The position numbers were made by a program, and so were the translations under genes. The notes beneath the pieces were generated by a model that saw only the letters and a list, made by a program, of their open reading frames with translations, searched no databases and had not been told where the DNA came from. Positions 1-14,845 of a stretch of DNA of 64,000 nt are shown here, in pieces. Origin of the DNA: Lama guanicoe (taxonomy: Eukaryota); the NCBI GenBank assembly GCA_013239625.1, contig MU054098.1:2047104-2111103 (forward strand), written 5' to 3'. The first letter of the stretch is position 1. Each line of letters begins with the position of its first letter.

Positions 1-2993
1 CTGAATCCATCACCTAAAAGTTCTGTGGCTTTAGGAAAATCATTTAACTTTTCTAAGCCTCAGTTTTCTGCCCTGAAAATGGAGGTAATGTCTACTTCAT
101 AAGGCTGTTGTGAGGATCAACTTTACTATTCAGTTACTAGGTTAAGAAGCAAGTTCTGCTTGCAAAGATTAGGCAATGTTTGCCTCAAATTCCCAGCAAA
201 TATCCATGGTGACAACCTCGTAGGCAGGTCTTCTAGATAGAAGCCATTTTAGAATCACAGATGTGCCTATGATAGCCCCAGAAAACAGAATTACATCTCA
301 GAAAGAGAATGAACAAAGTTTCTCTGGCTGCCAATTGTATTTTACCCACAGCTGCCAAGAAAACATGGTATGTACTGCAGATCACTAAGCAAATGGCCAA
401 ATATGTCCTGTGGTGGTCTTGCCCCAACACCCAAGTACTCACCCAGAGAACAAAGCTGAGGTTCAGAGAGCAGGGCCTTTCTTATTGTGTGGTCCTTGCT
501 TCCTGCAGCTGTTGCTTCATGGGATTTTGTGGGCAAGTAGTCTGGCTCATAGCATTGTCTTCACTGGCCAACCACTAACCCTATCAGATTACCCTGTGGA
601 AAGGGCTGCCATATATTTCTTGAGCTCTCCATCTCATTTCCTGAGCATTTTTTATTATCCTGTAACCCTCACGTTTCCTTCAGCCCCTAAGCCAGTACTG
701 GAATGGCAGGTGGCACATCCATCCTTTCAGCTCTTTTAATGTCCTCTGTAGTGTGGTTACCCACGTCTTTTGGAGCAGCATCACTGGCTGGCTACACCAT
801 TTATCAAAGCCAGGAAAGTGTAGTAATGTTGTAATAACCAATCGGATGCCCAGAAACCAATCTTTGTGAGTCAGGTCCCCAAACTGACAAAGCTCCGTGA
901 CTTGCTTCAGGAATCAGAGGCAAGGATAATAAGGATTTCTTGATTCTGGAATGCTGCTTCTCTTGTTTCATTGAAACTCCTATAACCTGGTTCGATTATC
1001 CTCTAGGAAATGAATCAGGGTGGTTTAGAAAATCAGTTATGCTACCAGAGGCCACTCTCCCCCATGGTTTGGCTGACCGTGAAGACAGGAGTGTTAGTGC
1101 TAAAAGGGCTTCGAGAGAAATTGATGGCTTTGTGGTGAGAGGCGAGATAGCGCAGAATACCCGAGGAAGTACTGGGAGGAGACTACGTGCTCCCTCAGCT
1201 GTGTGAACCGCCGTTTAGGACACTGCCCTAGGAATGGAATTCCAGTCAAATTTTGATTAACTGGAGCATGAGAGAGTGGATCTTCTGTTCCTAGGCATAT
1301 CTATCTCGTAATTAGACAGCATTGGGTTACCTCGAATGCAGGTGCCGAAAGAGAAATGAAAAATGAAGTTTGGTGATTGTAAATGCAAGATGATCAGTGA
1401 GAGAAGAAGAAAGTTTTGAGGAAGACCAGGGGCCTGGAAATGCTAATATTACAAATTTTTATGTTTTACAAGAAGATAGCTTTCAAATATGAATCAGTTA
1501 ATCCTTTAGACCAGGCAGTGTCTTCCCAGGGCTCTAAGCTGACCAGACCACAAAACCTGGTCAAAGGTCAAAGACTGGTGAGGTTAATGACTCAGACTAG
1601 GTCAAGGGATCCTAATTGATAAAGTAGTAAACCTCAGGCCTAAATAGTAAACCTCAGTTTACCACTAACAAATCTGTGAACGATAGTAACTTGGAAACCC
1701 TGAGATAAAAATAGGAATTGATGGCCACTGTTTCCTCATAGCTGCTCCTGTTTTCATAGAGGTATGGATGAAGTTGTGCAGTCTTAGGAGCCTAGAGACT
1801 GGAGACCAGACACAGCAGCAGACTAAGGTTTATTACCCCATTTTGCCACAGTGACCTATGTTTGCAGTCTATTTTTTCTTTCTGGTGCTACACTGAGCTC
1901 ATGGAAGTCCTGCCCATAGCCTACCACAGTACTTAAAAGGAAATCCTATGAATCCCTCCATGATCTGCCTTCCGCTTCCCTCTCCAGCCTTACCTGGTAC
2001 CTCTCCTGATTGGTTCACCATGCTCCAACTCCATTGGCCTTTCTTTTCCTTAACAGGCTAAGATCCTCCCCTCCTCAGAACCTTTGAATTTATAATCTTC
2101 ACCCAACTTCGTCCAGCTCTTCCCTTGCTTCTCATCCTTCAGCTTTTTAGCTCCAAGCCACATCAGAGAAGCCTTCCCTGATTCCTCTAACATAGGTCTC
2201 CCTCACCCTTATTATTCTATTAATATCACCATTTTAAAAATTATTCAGTGTTCATTACTGTCCATTATTATCCTGTTTGTTTGCTTATGTAATCTTCTGC
2301 ATCACTTTGAGTGAAAATATCATGAGGGCAGGGATCCTGTCTATCTTCTTAACTCTTGTGTTTCCAGCACCTAACACAGAGCCTGGTGCATGTTGGCAAT
2401 TAGTAAGGAATTGTTAGTGAGTTGCCTTTCTCCAAGAGGGCAATGATCAGCATGGGTGATGGATCCTCCCCACCTAGTATATAGGACTTTTTAAGAGGTT
2501 CATTTAACATCTTGACAGAAATTTTCTCCATAATTTTCCCTTTTAAAAGTATATTTCAATATAAATATGCCTTCAGAAAGATACCTATAGTTGTTAATAT
2601 AAAGCAATTTAGTTTAATTTACACTATACAATTTAGACTGAAAATATGGTACATTATTTAAGTTTTTTTAAAGGGGACTGCAATCTTTTTTTAATCTATT
2701 ATAAATATAATAAAGATCCTCTTTCAAAAGCTGTTAAAGCAGGCAGCAAGATCCAGGAACAATTTATGTTTGGTTTACTTCTGAATAATACGTACATTGT
2801 ACTCTAAAGGCTTTAAGTTGGTACAGCAAAATATTTTTGAAATGTTTCAATGCCAGCTGACATAGTGTATAGTGGGGAGAAGTCTGTGTGCAACATGTAA
2901 ACAACTTTGATATCTATTGGATTTTGGTTAATACTGTATATAGCTTAGAAACCTACACAAACCAAGACTGAGGTAATTCCTTGAATCTGAGGT

Positions 2994-3214
2994 CCAGTGA
3001 TGTGGTGGACCTGGCTTGTACCAGCCCATGAGAGTAGTTTGCGTATATATCTTTCCAACTCCACTTTCATTGACTTCATGTTGGTAGCTTGAAATTGGCC
3101 ATCATGGGAGTATATACACCATGGGAATCAGCAGATGCTACAAATGAAGGCTCTCCTGCTCCTCTGTCATCCGAAGCCAGTTACTGAATGTTTACCTTCA
3201 CACCACATCACTGG
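2994..3214. mobile_element. hAT MITE, MER63-like
   Basis: Perfect 14-bp TIRs ccagtgatgtggtg / caccacatcactgg, with internal ttggtagcttgaaattggccat as recalled for MER63. Confidence 0.75.
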
Positions 3215-3617
3215 TTAACACTATAAGGTCATCCTCTATGGTTAATAAGGAAAGTCAACAAAAGAGTTGTCAGTTCTAGTTTTTATATGAAAGAAAGAAA
3301 TATAAGTTTCATCTCTACTTTTTCAGTCTAGAACTAGAACTGTAGGATAAACAAAGTGTACCTTCCATATTCAACCTGCAGGGGTGACAGGTCATGGAGT
3401 CTATATGGTTTTAAATCTGTAAGTACATGCACACAAATTCTCCAAAGTCAAGGGCAATGGGACTCTAGAAATGACTCCAGAAATAAACGGCCTCTTCCTG
3501 TAAGACTAGAACAGAACATAGAGCCATAGTAATAAGAAAGTTTATTTTTTAAAAAAGTAGCCCCCAAAGAAGACGCCACCCCGACAAAACAGGGAAAAAT
3601 AACCTAAGTTTTATGGT

Positions 3618-3768
3618 AATGAATATGGGTTTTGTTTTGGGGGTGATGAAAATGTTCTGGAATTAGTGGTGATGGGTAGCACAACTCTGCCAATATACTA
3701 AAAAGAAGTATGTATTCTATACTTTAAAACAATGAATCTCATAGTATGTGACTTATATCTCAATAAAA
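3618..3768 (+). mobile_element. Old L1M 3'-end fragment
   Basis: gggggtgatgaaaatgttctggaatta...ttatatctcaataaa. Confidence 0.8.
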
Positions 3769-4072
3769 TTGTCAGTAGAAAAAAACCTGAAGGCATATTG
3801 GAGAACCACATAAACACAGGTTCAAAGGACAGTCAGTTAACAGAGAAATAAGCTTTTCACAAGCTTACTGAATATTTGGCTTATACTGATCTCTAGTGCG
3901 TTGCTAACTTCACAGATTCTAAAGAACTGGCGAGGGTTGACTGGCACCTTAACAAAGCTGAAAACAAAGAGCACTTCTCTTTATTTTCCTTTCCTTCCCT
4001 CCCTTTTCAACCCCCTTCCTCATAACAATTAACATAATGTGTCTACTGTAATCTATTGGTGTGGGTCTAAAC

Positions 4073-4299
4073 CAGGGGTCAGCATTTTTCTTTTTTTGTA
4101 AATAGCCAGATAGTAAATATTTTAGGCTTTGTGGACCGTAAGATCTTTGTCACAACTACTCAACTCTGCAGCTGTAGCATGAAAACAGCCAGAGATGATA
4201 CATAACTGAATAGGTTGTGGCTGTGTGCCAATAAAACTACAAAAACAGGCAGCCTACTGGATTTGGTGCAGAGCACAGGCTCTGGCTTGCTGACCCTTG
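4073..4299. mobile_element. hAT-Charlie MITE, MER58A-like
   Basis: Ends caggggtcagca / tgctgacccttg, internal ccagatagtaaatattttaggctttg, TSD-like gtctaaac/gtctagac. Confidence 0.85.
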
Positions 4300-4897
4300 T
4301 CTAGACTGCAGAATGTTGTGGGAGTGTTGATTTTGCTTGGGAAACTCTATTGTATAGGGCAGTGTTTTACAAACTAGGAATGGGGGGAGGGGGAGGATAT
4401 GTATCAGAATCACCTGTCACCATATCTTGTCTTTACAGGATCTCTTATTCCTGGGTCCCTAACCAATGCCCATTTTAGCATTATTAAAAATATTACGTAT
4501 CATCCTATCCTCTGAATAAATAACAAGAAGTGTTCCTTTCTCCTTCCTTCCCATGTGACCTTATGGAAGAAGGGCTGAAGAGCATTTTTAAATGAAAATG
4601 TATCAAGAGCCATAAGATGCAAGCAATTTTTTTCTGAGATAACTATCAACTGTTAAATTAAGAACACGAAACAAAACTTTCCCCAATCAATTTGATCACT
4701 ATTTAGCATACATTTAAGTTTCCATACTGTTCCACTTAAGGTAACTGGAGGCACAAGGAAAAGAGTATAAAAAGGAGTGAGTAACAATGAGGTCTTCTTA
4801 GAGTTGCAAATAGTGATCACTTACCCAAATGTCAGATGTAGCCACTAAGCAAAAAGCAATATTTATCAGTGCATAGAGTGGAATCACTATTTTTCTT

Positions 4898-5246
4898 TTT
4901 TCTTTTTTAAAATCTTTTTTAAATTGAAGTGTAGTTGATTTACAATGTTGTGTTAGTTGCAGGTGCACAGCAAAGTGCTTCAGTTATACACATACATATA
5001 TATTCTTTTTTAGATTCTTTTCCATTATAGGTTATTACCAGATATTAAATAGAGTTCCCTGTGCTGTATAGTAGGTGCTTGTTGTTTATCTATTTTATAT
5101 ATAGTAGTAGTGTATGTGCAAATCCCAAATTCCTAATTTATCCCTCCCAGCCTCAACCCTTTCCCCTTTGGTAACCATAGTTTGTTTTCTATGTTTGTGA
5201 GTCTATTTCTGGTTTGTAAATAAGTTCATTTGTATCTTTTTTTTTT
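4898..5246 (-). mobile_element. L1 3'-end insertion
   Basis: aattgaagtgtagttgatttacaatgttgtg... flanked by TSD agtggaatcactat(t/g)tttctt at 4877-4897 and 5247-5267. Confidence 0.9.
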
Positions 5247-6481
5247 AGTGGAATCACTATGTTTCTTATCTCAAAAATTCCAGCATATCTCACACACAGT
5301 AATTATGTGTCTGTTATTCTTGACATTTTTCATGAGAGAGGGTCTGGAGTTTATCTTTATCTAGCCCTATAGCTGAAGCAGTAGTTCTTAAGGGGACACC
5401 AACTGGGAGATTATAAAACTTATCCTGGGAGCTTACACTGCTAAAAGTCTGACATTGCACCTAAGGAGTCATTTCTTTCCCCCAGAAACTGCCTTAGTAA
5501 GCCACTATTACAGATGGGAACATGGTTTATCAGTGTGTTGGGCAGAAAGAGATGGGTAGAAACTGCTGATGGATGGTAGCAAGATAGACAACTGCATGCA
5601 TGCATGAATATAAGCCTATGTGACTGAGAAAAGACAGGGTGCCCGCTGGTATGCACAGCAGGCAGGAAAAACCTTAGCAACTTCATTAAATACTCAGAGT
5701 ACAATGAATGCGCTAAACTGCTCATTTACTTACTCTCGTATTGTGAATTATTGCCACAAAATACTAGATGACAAGCCTGATAACCTTCATAGCATTCTGA
5801 GAAGGCAAGTGGGTAGCATAGGAGCAAAGATGTTTTGGATCAGTCTAGTATGCTGTATTAAGTTAAGCTGGTTACTATTCTTCTAACTCGTTTTTCTCAG
5901 CAAAGTTCCCTGTTCACAAGGCATCTTGGAGGTGGAATGAGACACAGATGCAAAAGACTAATACAAAGTAGAAGGTAATAAGTTTCCCCAAACAAATGCG
6001 GAGTGCCAGGCACATTAAAGGCAGGAGAAATGACATCAGGTTGGAGCGGAGCATCAGCCAAAGCTTCATTAATCTCCAGACCTCTCAGCTCTGTTCTCAA
6101 ACACAAAAGCAGTTATTGGTGCTTTGGGATAAGTTAGACACTGACTTGTGGTAGTACTGTTATTTTTAAAGGCATTATTTAGCCTTTTCAATATGTGATT
6201 TTAAGTTTCTTGAATGCAAACTTGTCACATCTTGGAGCTGTAGATGGCTCTGTTGGAGCACCTTCCCCATCACGAAGTGGAAATCAGTTTGGGGAGAAGA
6301 GGTTATTCTGTCTTACTCCCTTCAGGCTTGTGTTTTCTGAGTCCTTTCCAGCCACACAGGTCTGCTACCTAATATACATGGTGAGATTATTCAGGGCTTT
6401 GCAAGTTAGGAAGGACCTCTATTCCTCGGCAGGCATTTGGGTAGCAGGTGAGGAAGTGAGCAAGATATGCAAGTGTGGGGA

Positions 6482-6485
<4 letters not shown>

Positions 6486-6568
<83 letters not shown>
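6486..6568. repeat. Compound microsatellite (CA)19(GA)22
   Basis: Read directly: uninterrupted CA run 6486-6523 followed by GA run 6524-6568. Confidence 0.98.
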
Positions 6569-6569
<1 letters not shown>

Positions 6570-6570
<1 letters not shown>

Positions 6571-6854
6571 GACTTGGCAGCTGTGAGGATGGAGGTGGGG
6601 GACTCAGTGCCCGCTAAGCTATTTCAAGTGCCTTCGGGTCTGAGGCTGGGTTCGATGCCTCCAGCGTGTTTGGAGTTAATTCCCATTAGGTTGGACTCCG
6701 CCCCTCTCTCCCAAAGGTAAAGCAAGATTTTCAGGCATCACTGCAAAGAGCAGCTGGGATTCCCATCCCCTTCTGACAAGCTGTGAGGAGAAGTTGTTTC
6801 TCAGATCTGAGTCCGAAGAGAGGGAACAAGTCAATCAGCCTTCGTGGTCAGAAG
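6570..6854 (+). promoter_or_regulatory. LHFPL1: Putative promoter / non-coding first exon of LHFPL1
   Basis: The coding exon starts at a splice acceptor 14 nt before the ATG, so an upstream exon is expected. This unique region has several CpGs, a GC box (ccgccc, 6698-6703) and two candidate donors (AAG|gtaaag after 6716; AAG|gtaaat after 6854). Boundaries are inferred. Confidence 0.45.
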
Positions 6855-8210
6855 GTAAATTTGCAACTTGGGCCAAATGCAGTTGAAACAGCTGGATAAG
6901 AAACTGTTTGCTCTCCCCTTGCTCAGCCCCCTTTCTCCCCTTCCTTTCTCAGGCTTCCTGTCCTTTCATCTCACAGCTCAGAGAATCTGTTTTCTTCCCA
7001 AAGGCAGCCTGGTACATTTTTACTTCCTCAAGTCTGTTTGCACAGAGACTAGGAGGAATCAGGGCTGGATTCTTATTTCATAGTGACGTGGTGTAAAGAC
7101 CTAGGGGTTAAATACTAGTTGGTTCCCCCAGGAGACCTGGTAATTTGAGGAGAGGAAGTCCATGTCTCTGGGAGTGGAGAGAGGGATTTTGTTCTGAATT
7201 GTCTGTAGAAATAAAAGTGGATCAGGTTTGCTGATATGCCAGGTTGATCTCTTAGACTTGCCTAAATTGGGGTTATGCTACCGAAACGGGGTGTTGGGGT
7301 CAAACTGAAATCCAGATATTGAAGTCAGTCGGGCTGGAAATAATGCATTTGCTCAGGAAGTATTTGAGTTCCTACTGTGTGCCAAACATGATTTCCAGAA
7401 AAACCTGAAATAGTTTAACTATAAATCTATTCTTGAAAGGAACACTGGGCCAAGTGATTCTGTTTCGTGGTGGAGAAGAGAAGGCAGAAAAGAAGTCTAG
7501 GGGTGAGGAGAAATCACCGAGAGACTGGTTAGGGGAGGAGGAAGGGAGAGGAATGATTTTCTGCTTGTTGAGTGACTCTGAGTCTCCTCTCTTACTTGTG
7601 GGAGAATGGAGTCTTCTCTAGTAGATGGGAGAATAAACACCGATCCTCTGTTAGGTGTACTGCAGATGTTACTTCACTTGAGTTTATGTTCCATCATCTC
7701 CATTTTATAGATGAAACTAAAACTCAGAGGTTTTACCTGATCCTCTCAAGTTCATATACCCTGTAAGGGGCAGACCTCAGGACTCTACCCTGGATCTAGA
7801 TTCCAAAATCTGGACTCTTGTCCATTAAAACAGTGTTTCTCAACCTTTAGTTTCCATCAGAATCCATTGGGGATTTTTAAAAAATGCAGATCCCAGAAAT
7901 TTGAATTCCGTTAATCCTAAAAGGATGTCATAGTCTGTGTTTTGAATAAGCACTGAAGGCGATGCTGATGCAGAGGGGTTAGCGACGCCATTTGGAGAAA
8001 CACTCTTAATATGCCAGGTTGCCTCTCATGTCTGATGAGGTGGTTGGAGAAGCATTCAGTCCACTCTCCTCCTACACTGGCCAGATCACTAAATGGAGGA
8101 GGTCGGCTGTGGACCTGGCATTTTGTTCACTATTGAGGCCATGGCTAGAAGGACTACTGGGCTATGAACCTAAAGATGTGAGGAAATGCTTTACCAGTTA
8201 GTTCATTGTT

Positions 8211-8343
8211 TTTGTTGTTGTTGTTGTTGTTGTTGTTAATTTATTTTTATTTTGGGGGGGAAGGCAATTACTTATTTTTTTTAATGGACATACAGGGGAC
8301 TGAACCCAGGACACTTTACCACTGAGCTATATGCTCACCTACA
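8211..8343 (-). mobile_element. tRNA-derived SINE (Vic-1-like), internally deleted, with (GTT)n tail
   Basis: ggggactgaacccagg...ccactgagctata. TSD agttagttcattgtt (8196-8210) / agttagtccattgtt (8344-8358). Confidence 0.8.
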
Positions 8344-9010
8344 AGTTAGTCCATTGTTGATAGGACTTAACAGTGTCTTGCCAGAGCAGGCTGGTAAGAG
8401 TAGTTCCTAACTGGTGGAGGGTGTGAGATAGGATTCCTAGCCAATCAATTGATCACTGAAGGTAGTGGCACCTGTCCAGCTGGAATAAGAACTGAGATGA
8501 AGATCTCTAATTGACACGTCAGTTTCCAAAGCAGAAGACAGATGGGGAGCTCAGTGAGCAGCATTTTTTTTTAACAAAGAAGGGAGAAGTTCATATGAAA
8601 TTTAGAGAAATCATTGCAATTCCCAATTTTCTAACCTCAAACTCTGGAGAAAGGGAATAGCCCAGGACTTGACCTGGAGGTTCTTTTTCTGGACTCTCTC
8701 TGTCTCTGCATGGCCAGCTTCATTATTTAGAATTGACCTTCTAGGTTGTTGATGATTCGGTGGATCCTCTCCCTCCATTTACTCTCTGGCTTCCTGCCTC
8801 CTACAGCCTTATCTGCTTGTGAGCATTTCCACCTCAGGATGGAGAGATGCAAATAAAGAAATAAACAAACCCAACACAGCTGGTTTTGCTAGTCTTTCTA
8901 CTCCAGACTAAAAGAGGATGGAAGGAGGGAGAAGGCTTAGAAAGATGATCAGCAAGCAAGAAAGGTGAGGATTTGAAAGACAAGACTGAGTCCAAACGTG
9001 AGGTCTTCTT

Positions 9011-9390
9011 AAACATAGAGTAAAATGGTGTTTGCTAGAGGCTGGAGGGAGGGGGAACGAGGAGTTGTTGCTCAAGAGGTATGAAGTTTCAGTTATGCTA
9101 GATGAATAACTTCTAAAGATCTTCTGTACAACTCAGTGCCTACAGTTAACAAACGGTGTTGTGCACTGTAAAATACATTATGAGGCTAGATCTCATGTTA
9201 AGTGTTCTTAATATGCACACAAACCCACAAAACAATACAAGGAACTTTTTGAAGGTTATGAATATGTTTAGGATCTTGGCTGTGGTGATGGTATTACAGA
9301 TGTGGGCATACGCCCAGACTCATTGAGATATACGCATTAAATGTATGCAAGTTTTCGTATATCAATTATAGCTCAGTAAGCTTACAAAAA
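9011..9390 (+). mobile_element. L1MA-like 3'-end insertion
   Basis: gtttcagttatgctagatgaataa...gatctcatgttaagtgttctt. TSD gtgaggtcttctt at 8998-9010 and 9391-9403. Confidence 0.88.
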
Positions 9391-11281
9391 GTGAGGTCTT
9401 CTTCAAGTCACCAAGACACAAATGGGAGACAAAGCCCTGGGAATAGCTAAATTGTGAGATGACTTCAGGCACAGAAGAACCTGGAGCAACTCTAGTTGTG
9501 GAGATATACAGAGAAGGAGAAACTTCTGGGGGATGCATGTGGCAGAAAATAAGGAGAGAAACCTTTGGGAAGTGGTAGTAGGTTCTTTTTGTGGCTGAGT
9601 CTGAAGCAGAAGGATCTAGAATGGTCAGGCTGCTTATATACCCAGTGTGATACAAGGAGTCCCATTCACATTCCTTTTTCAACACCCATCCCAACAAAGC
9701 TGCTCTTCGCAAACCAGTCCAAAGCCAGGAATGTTGCGGCCACATTTTCCTCAGTGGCTGCAAGTCAGAGACTTCCTTTCAGACTACTTCGTTTTCTGGT
9801 CATTAACTCGCTGGCTGCTTTGCCTGGACCCTGTTAGCCTCGGTAAGGTAATGCTGGCCTTGACTCAGAAGTTGTATGAAAAGCTCAAGTGGGAACAAAA
9901 AGATTTGAGGGTTTTTTCTGTGGGGACTGGGGAGGATGTAAGGTATTGGAAGAATTTTGGTGTGTTTTTCTCCACCAAGAAAAATATAAGAGCAATGTTT
10001 TCAGTTTCATTGATACTAAGTAAGTGCCCACATATGAGTAGGTACACATGGGAGTGAAAATGTGAGAAGAAATGATTACAAGCTTGGCAGTGAGACACCA
10101 CAGGGAGAGGTCAAGTGCTCATTTGCGGAGAAAAAGTCTAAAGGGAAGCTACCAGCAATCTGAGTTAATGTGAGTTGGTGAAGGGCTCTCATCTGGAGGA
10201 CCGTGGCCAAGAGGACCCAACCAAAAGAAATGGCCTTAAGTTGCAGCAGAAAAAGGTTGAAAATGAGACATAAGTGATTTCTCGACAGTGAGGGTTGTCA
10301 AGCTACTGAGAAAAACTGTAGAGTCCTCTAAAGTTCTTTAAAAGCAATATAGGTAACCGTTTGTCATGTACAGCTTAGGTGGGTTTCCTGCATCTCGTAG
10401 GATGAAGTGGGCTCTATCCATGAGTCTGTGTTAGAATGACTACCGTATCTTCACCACTAGCCTTTAATAAGAACAGCGAATTTAGGACAGACCTCATGTC
10501 TCTACCCTGCTTGTTACAACTTTCTATCCACACTCACTGCCTCTCATACAGCCACCCTCAGGAAGAAGCATGTAACCCATTTAGGAGATGAAACAATTAA
10601 GGGATGAGGGACCATGTGACCACTAAAAAGAGAGAGTCAATAGCAATCTTATCAGTACCTGGTTACCGGATCACTTTGCAGGAGCACCAGGGTGAGTCCT
10701 TGGTTTCTTAAATCCAGTGTGGGCTGTGTGGCTGGATGTTCCAGGACAGGGAAACAAAGCTCTTGTTACATGAAATACTCAAGCAGATTAAAGTTGGATG
10801 AAGTGTACAACCGTGTGCGACTTTTGTTTATGTGAATATAAAGAGATTTGGCTAGCTCCTGGGAATGAACCCGGATTGCTTTGGAGGGCTAGCAGGTGAT
10901 GCAGTAACTAAGAACACTTGCTTAAATGCACTCCCTTGTCCGACTCAGGTGAACATGTAGCAATGTGCATGCAGACTCCACGCAGCCCGGTGCCTCCATA
11001 TCCAGCTCCAGGAAAAGCTAGGCTGGGGCTTATTTTGTGCTCAGAAAATATTTGGATCTCTGCAATCTCTTTCTTGATTGTATGAGGTCAAGCCTATGAT
11101 TCAGAATGGTTTGCATTCAAAATATAAAGATCTCATCTCTCCATTGTCTTCAATTTCATGGCCACTTTTAACTTCATATTGTTTGAGTCCTGGAGAGAGA
11201 CCATTAGAAAATTATCTGTGGCGGTGATTCTCAACCTGCTATTTGTGGGTGGTGCTGACTCAGCACACCTCTAGTCCTAAA

Positions 11282-11391
11282 TAGGGTGACTAACTTGTCC
11301 AAGTTTGGGACTTCCCTAGTTTTAGCCCTGATAGTCCCACAGCCCAGGAAACCCCTCAGTCCCAAGTGAACTAGCACGGCTGGACATCCTA
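11282..11391. mobile_element. hAT-Blackjack MITE, MER81-like
   Basis: tagggtgac...gacatccta ends, 8-bp TSD gtcctaaa/gtcctaag. Confidence 0.75.
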
Positions 11392-14242
11392 GTCCTAAGT
11401 GAAATAAGGACAGTGAGTTTTTTCCTGACTTTGAAAATATTTAATTTAAATTCTGAGAGCCAATGAGCTTTTTGAAAGCACAACATATTTAATTTAAACT
11501 GAATTTTGTGATTCTGCCTTCCTACAGCTTGGCTTCAAAATGCCGTTTTTTAGAATCGAATTACGGTAATAGTGGTTGGTAGTCTTGTAGTTTTTCAAAC
11601 AGCCTGATTTGTCACAGATGATGCTAACTTGATGTCAGAAGTCCTCCCCTTATTTTAGTATAGTCTAGGCACCACTCACTGACGCAGTCCCTTCCTCTGC
11701 CTTAAGTTCTCTGCCCTTCTGGCTGTCATCCTGGGACTTTTGATCTCAAGGTGATGATGTTCACAGGGGATACATGGGGTTTGTTCTGACTACAAACTTG
11801 AAACAGCCCACGCCCTTGTCCTGCTGGTTACAGGCTGCTTAGACAAAGTGGCCTTCCTCCTGCCTTCCCAGTCCTTCCCCTGTAATTCTTTTGCCAGCCT
11901 TAAATAGTTTTTGAAATCCTGGCTGGGAAACCATGGAGGCTTTTCATGGGAATACTGTTGGGATGGTGAAGAATATGGGGGAAGATTGCAGGTGGAGGAG
12001 AAGTGGGAAATAATGGCCCTGCCATTGAATCACAAGGTCCTGGGCAAGTCGCTTAGCTTTCTCACCCTCAATTTGTGCACTTTTAAACTGGGGGTACTAC
12101 CTTTCTTAGCAACCCCAGAAGATTGTTGGGCAGAGCACGTGAAATAATGGACTTGGAAGGGAAGATGATGGTGCAGCCAATAGCTGTTTATCAGCTTGTT
12201 TCCTCCGACCCTGACCTGGGCTTCTTCACCAGGAACTGAATTCACAAAAGAGGGCTGCTTGCACTTTTCATAATCTTACACGCTCTAATATAGCAAGCAG
12301 AGGCATTACCTCATTGTGGCCCAGCGTACCTGCTTTCTAGCAGCAATTACTCAAAACTAGTTCCACTTCTCCTCCTGTTGGCTTTCAATCCCTCATCACA
12401 TCTTTCTCTCATTCCCCCCACTCTCATGCACAAAGCCTCATTCCCTGGGGCCCAGCTCAGGGCACTTGCTTCCCAAGCCCTAACGTTCCAAAGCAAGCAC
12501 CTGCAATTTATGATCTCTGCTCCCTTCCGGCACAAAACACAGAGCTCACAATACATGTGTATCAGGAGGGGAATTGTGGTGGAGCGAGAAAAGAGCATTA
12601 TACTAAGAATCAATTAACTGGGCTCTGGGCCGGCCAGTGTGCTTCACTAGTTCTTTACCCCTTGGGTAAATCATTTCCTCTCTGGATTCCCATCTGTAAA
12701 GTGATGGGGCGGGGGTGGTTAGCACGGTGTGGTGGAGAAGTACTGGCCTAGGAATCTGCAGACTGGGTTTCTTATTCCAGTGACTTGGGGGAAATCTTTT
12801 TCCCCTTTACTGGGCGGTACTCCACCATATGTAAAACAAGAAGGTGGATTTAGGTGATTCATTAAGGTCCCTGCCAGCCGGGAAATTGGATGCTTCTATA
12901 AAATGGGGTTCACTAAACAAACGTGAATTGCAGTGCCTACTCTGTGCCAGGCACTGTTTGATGAAGGTTGTGACAGAGCTCATGACCAGGCAAGGTCCCT
13001 GAGACCCTGAGTACCACCAACCGCTGCTTGCTCCTGACAATGTCCTAACCTGGCTATGTGGTGACCCCAGGCAGCCAGCTCCTGCACTTCCCTTGTCTTG
13101 GGTCCCCCACTGCTGGACCCCCATCCCAGCACCTGTTAGCTTTAAATAATGGTGATGAATCATGGAGAAGTTTCTGAAACATACCCCACCATCTGCTTGC
13201 TGGAGCCGTTCACAGTGCTGTCATCGAGCTGCAGTGTGGTCTCTGGCTGCCCTAATTGAGAAACAGGCCAGAAAGCAATGGCAGATTAATGGCGTTGGGA
13301 GGGAAGTGGTTGATTTTTGACAGAGGGGTCTGTGAAAACCATTTGTGAGCTGGGCTGAGGAGATTAGATCTGAAAAGACTCTCAGGGTCTTGAATCTGAG
13401 ATTTGTTCCAAAAGGCACCTTGAAAGGCCCTTAGAGCTATAGATATATGTTCCTGCTGCCAGGCAGGGGTACCTGATCCATTTCAGAAAAGATGAGAAGC
13501 TTTCTTGACTACATTCAGCAAAGGATCAGGTTTTTTTAGTAGACAGCCTAGCATTAGACAATCCTCCCTGGTTGGAAAGCTGCCTCCCATTTTGATTTGG
13601 GGGAAAAGTGGCTGAACAGTGCTGTCTCCGTGATAAACAAAGGCTGTGAGACTAGGCACTCCTTATTTTATTTACCTACTTCAACCTAGCTGATGCATTA
13701 CTGTGAAAAGCCCATATTGATGTTCTCTTGGACACCTTACCTAGGTCAAGTGGGCATATCCCGTAACTCCATGGTGAGCTCTCCTTCCCTCTTCTCCCCG
13801 GTAGCAGGGGCAGACCCTCTCAGGTGATTTCCTCCTTCCTTCACTGTTTGCAAACCACTTGGTTCTTGACCCTCTTGAGATATTGCCTCTTTCCAGGCCT
13901 CCAGGTCAGCAAGGCCATTCCACCAGAGGCAGCAGGCTCTCTGGGCAGGCTTGGTTTCATTTAGGCACCCCTCCTGCCACTTATTGCATGAGCTAAAAGC
14001 TGCCTGATCAGGCTGCATTTGAGTGGGAAGAACAGTTCCTAATTCAGCTCTCTGTTTTTTCCACTGCAGCCTAGAAACCATAGAACTCTGAATCAGGTGG
14101 AAGGAAGGGAAGATGGGAAAAGTGCTGGAAAGCAGAATCCCATAGGGGCCCAAATGGTCCCTGAGAGAATAATCTTATCCCGAAGCAAGGGCCAAGTAGC
14201 ACATAAGTGAGCCCCAGGACTGGCCAGCCAGATGAAAAATAG

Positions 14243-14845
<603 letters not shown>

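Noticed and set aside
940..1215. 88-aa ORF in mildly CpG-enriched unique sequence
   Set aside because: Non-ATG start, no recognisable homology and no clear exon boundaries, so I cannot support a call.
1624..1660. Short direct repeat tagtaaacctcag x2 (similar small duplications at about 48161 and 49652)
   Set aside because: Ordinary slippage duplications. There is no array or spacer structure, so this is not CRISPR-like.
6195..6720. ORFs with THTHTH/ERERER tracts
   Set aside because: These are translations of the (CA)n(GA)n microsatellite.
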